In this document: piece after piece, positions 49,217-64,000 of the stretch
Layout: each line of letters starts with the position of its first letter
How positions within the stretch are numbered: position 1 is the first letter of the stretch
Source: Hormiphora californensis
Lineage: Eukaryota; Animalia; Ctenophora
Reading direction: 5' to 3'
NCBI GenBank assembly: GCA_020137815.1
Contig: CM035356.1
Span: forward strand, 1,984,001 to 2,048,000
Length of the DNA stretch: 64,000 nucleotides
Notes under the pieces: model-generated
Told to the model about the DNA's origin: nothing
Database searches by the model: none
The model's input: the letters and a program-made list of their open reading frames with translations, nothing else
Position numbers and translations under genes: made by a program

Positions 49217-50221
49217 TCAGCCCGTCGCCATAACTCGTCTTGGTAGCCGCCGTACCCTCCTGGCATCTTTGGAGAACGCTAAATATATCACAGGATCGAC
49301 CAGGGATGTTAGCGGAGGAAGGATGATAAAGGCGGTAAATATAAACCTCACATCGCTTGAGGGAAGATTATAATAAGCTCTCCATAGATCCATGTCATTG
49401 AATTCTTCTGTTGTTCCAAGAAAACCTCCCGCAATGTAGGCAGTGATGCAAATGGTAGACACAGTGTTCATCAGTAGGACACGAAATGTGCTGGAAAGGG
49501 AGTGTCTAACACCTCCAACTGGAGGCTGCTGAGAGAGACGGAACAGATGGAGTATTGTGAGGAGGCCGAACACAAGGCTTACAGAGACGAACAAATATCC
49601 AATACCGAGAGAGATGTGGAAACGCTCGTTGTGGCCGAGAACTGTTGAACCAATTTTGAAGTTCCAGGTTGACAAGAGGTATTGGAATAATGTTACAAAA
49701 TACAGATGTTCCGGATGAAGAAGTTGAGTATTGAATGAGGTCAATGGAAGTAATATACTAATTATCAGGACCCCAATTATCTTTCTCTCGGGAAGCAATG
49801 CGAACGGGAACTGTAACTGAATAAATCGGACAATGGTAAAAACGGCAGTGATAAGGGGAGGTGACATACATACAACTCCATGGCCTACCGTGTAGAAACG
49901 ATACCAATAACTCTGTTCAGGGTACACAAAAGCGTAATATTTATCTTCACATAGATCATCTGGAAACTCTGTGATTTTGAAGCAGGCAGGATCTTTGGGG
50001 GCCCACAACCGTACCACCTTTTGGAGACAAATAAACGGGCATGCGACCATGTCAACAGTGGCCAGAATGATGTATAATGTGCGCGGAATAGACGGTCGCT
50101 TTTGATAGTTATGACTCAAAACACGCCAGTTGAGTGGAATCGAGATTACAGGGAAGGTGAGAAACATCAGGAATAGTGGAAAATCAGGGAGCGAGGTTCG
50201 TCCACCACTAAAGATGGCCAT
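49217..50221 (-). CDS. Single-exon rhodopsin-like 7TM receptor
   Basis: Seven hydrophobic segments, LATVD, VRFIQLQFPF, LVDPVIY. Confidence 0.85.
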   Translation of the reverse strand: MAIFSGGRTSLPDFPLFLMFLTFPVISIPLNWRVLSHNYQKRPSIPRTLYIILATVDMVACPFICLQKVVRLWAPKDPACFKITEFPDDLCEDKYYAFVYPEQSYWYRFYTVGHGVVCMSPPLITAVFTIVRFIQLQFPFALLPERKIIGVLIISILLPLTSFNTQLLHPEHLYFVTLFQYLLSTWNFKIGSTVLGHNERFHISLGIGYLFVSVSLVFGLLTILHLFRLSQQPPVGGVRHSLSSTFRVLLMNTVSTICITAYIAGGFLGTTEEFNDMDLWRAYYNLPSSDVRFIFTAFIILPPLTSLVDPVIYLAFSKDARRVRRLPRRVMATG

Positions 50222-51231
50222 TTCAAAGAGAAATAAGAAAACTATTACCTACCACTCGTATTTCGAGAGAGGCAGCTGCTACTTAAGATCTGGTTATAGC
50301 AAGGGAAGAAATCTAAGAGGAGTATAGCGGCCGGTGTCCAGGAGGAGATCTATAGTCTCTTTAAATACTAGCAGGTGTATTTGTCTACATACTAACCAAG
50401 AAGGCAGTAGCCATTAGGTATTATAAAGCACCTTCAAGTATGTCGCATTGAGTTTGCAGTTATACTTTCGAAGTAACTGGAAAATGCCATCAGGCCTGGA
50501 AAATGTGATGGTCGTTTCCCGACGCTGATCCACGTGCAGGGGCAGGGGGCTCAACCTCTACTTAAAATGGACCGAAAGTTGCGACACGTGCTTCAATTGT
50601 TGGCACATAGGTTGATCAAAAGTCAATAGGAGTGACTCCTAAGGAGTCTGACACCAACCGAAGTCCATTTTTGATTTTGGAACAGTTTTAAAAATGGAAG
50701 TCAGGTGTGATTTTCTTTAATTTTGAGCCAAATATTTTATTTGACAATTGCAGCGCGCTTTGACGCGCGTAGCTAAACAGCGCAGATTTTAAAATACCGC
50801 GCGCGACATGTTACCAAAAAAAATACCGATGGAATGATCGCAAAGCTCCGCCCCAAAGCTCCAATGGTTCAAATTTCAAATAGCGAATAATTTGGCAAAC
50901 AGATTAAAGGATTTTCATACTCATTAGATGCTTGATTCAGCCATTTCTCAATCTACTGACCGGCATCCGGCGGCCACATAGACAAAATAAAACTATACTT
51001 TTTGGGGGCATAACATTAGCTGTTTATGCTTGAATTCTGATCTCTCGCTCTGTTCTTTTCAATTTCACCCTGAATACTGCTGAAGTACTATTTCAAGTAG
51101 TAAAGTTCCTATCGTGCATGTGTGTTTGTTCATCTGCCATGGAGTCTGTTCATCTGCATACATCATATTGTGTTTGTTCATCATTATCTTAATTCAGTTC
51201 AACTTCTGTTTCTCAAATAATTTACTCTCCT

Positions 51232-63950
<12,719 letters not shown>

Positions 63951-64000
63951 CTGAGGGGGGGGGGGGGGTTGAATCAATATTACCAGTGGTTTGAGTAGAG

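Overview
Intron-rich animal genomic DNA, most likely a ctenophore. This rests on two copies of a 34-39 nt motif matching the ctenophore trans-spliced leader (SL) as I recall it; it was not database-checked. From about 11.5 kb to the window end lies a dense array of about 14 minus-strand genes: RBM17/SPF45, TDP2, a BTB gene, MON1, SEPHS2 (in-frame UGA plus a SECIS), ZNHIT1, ZGRF1, mLST8, three tandem C2H2 zinc-finger genes, RWDD3, a GPCR and OGT. Many gaps are only 250-500 bp, and several genes have an unpaired splice acceptor before the ATG, suggesting an SL-resolved operon. A plus-strand GPCR is nested in a MON1 intron. The most unusual object is an intact CR1/L2-group LINE (about 3.7-9.8 kb). 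Its ORF1 fuses an AlkB-type 2OG-Fe(II) dioxygenase to an SGNH esterase, it carries a genomic SL copy 50 nt before ORF1, and its ORF2 has a hydrophobic leader ending in a 2A-like NPGP motif. Introns repeatedly contain tandem duplications of their own splice sites and many small inverted-repeat elements. Gene models were assembled by eye. Several contain 1-nt frameshifts that may be assembly errors.
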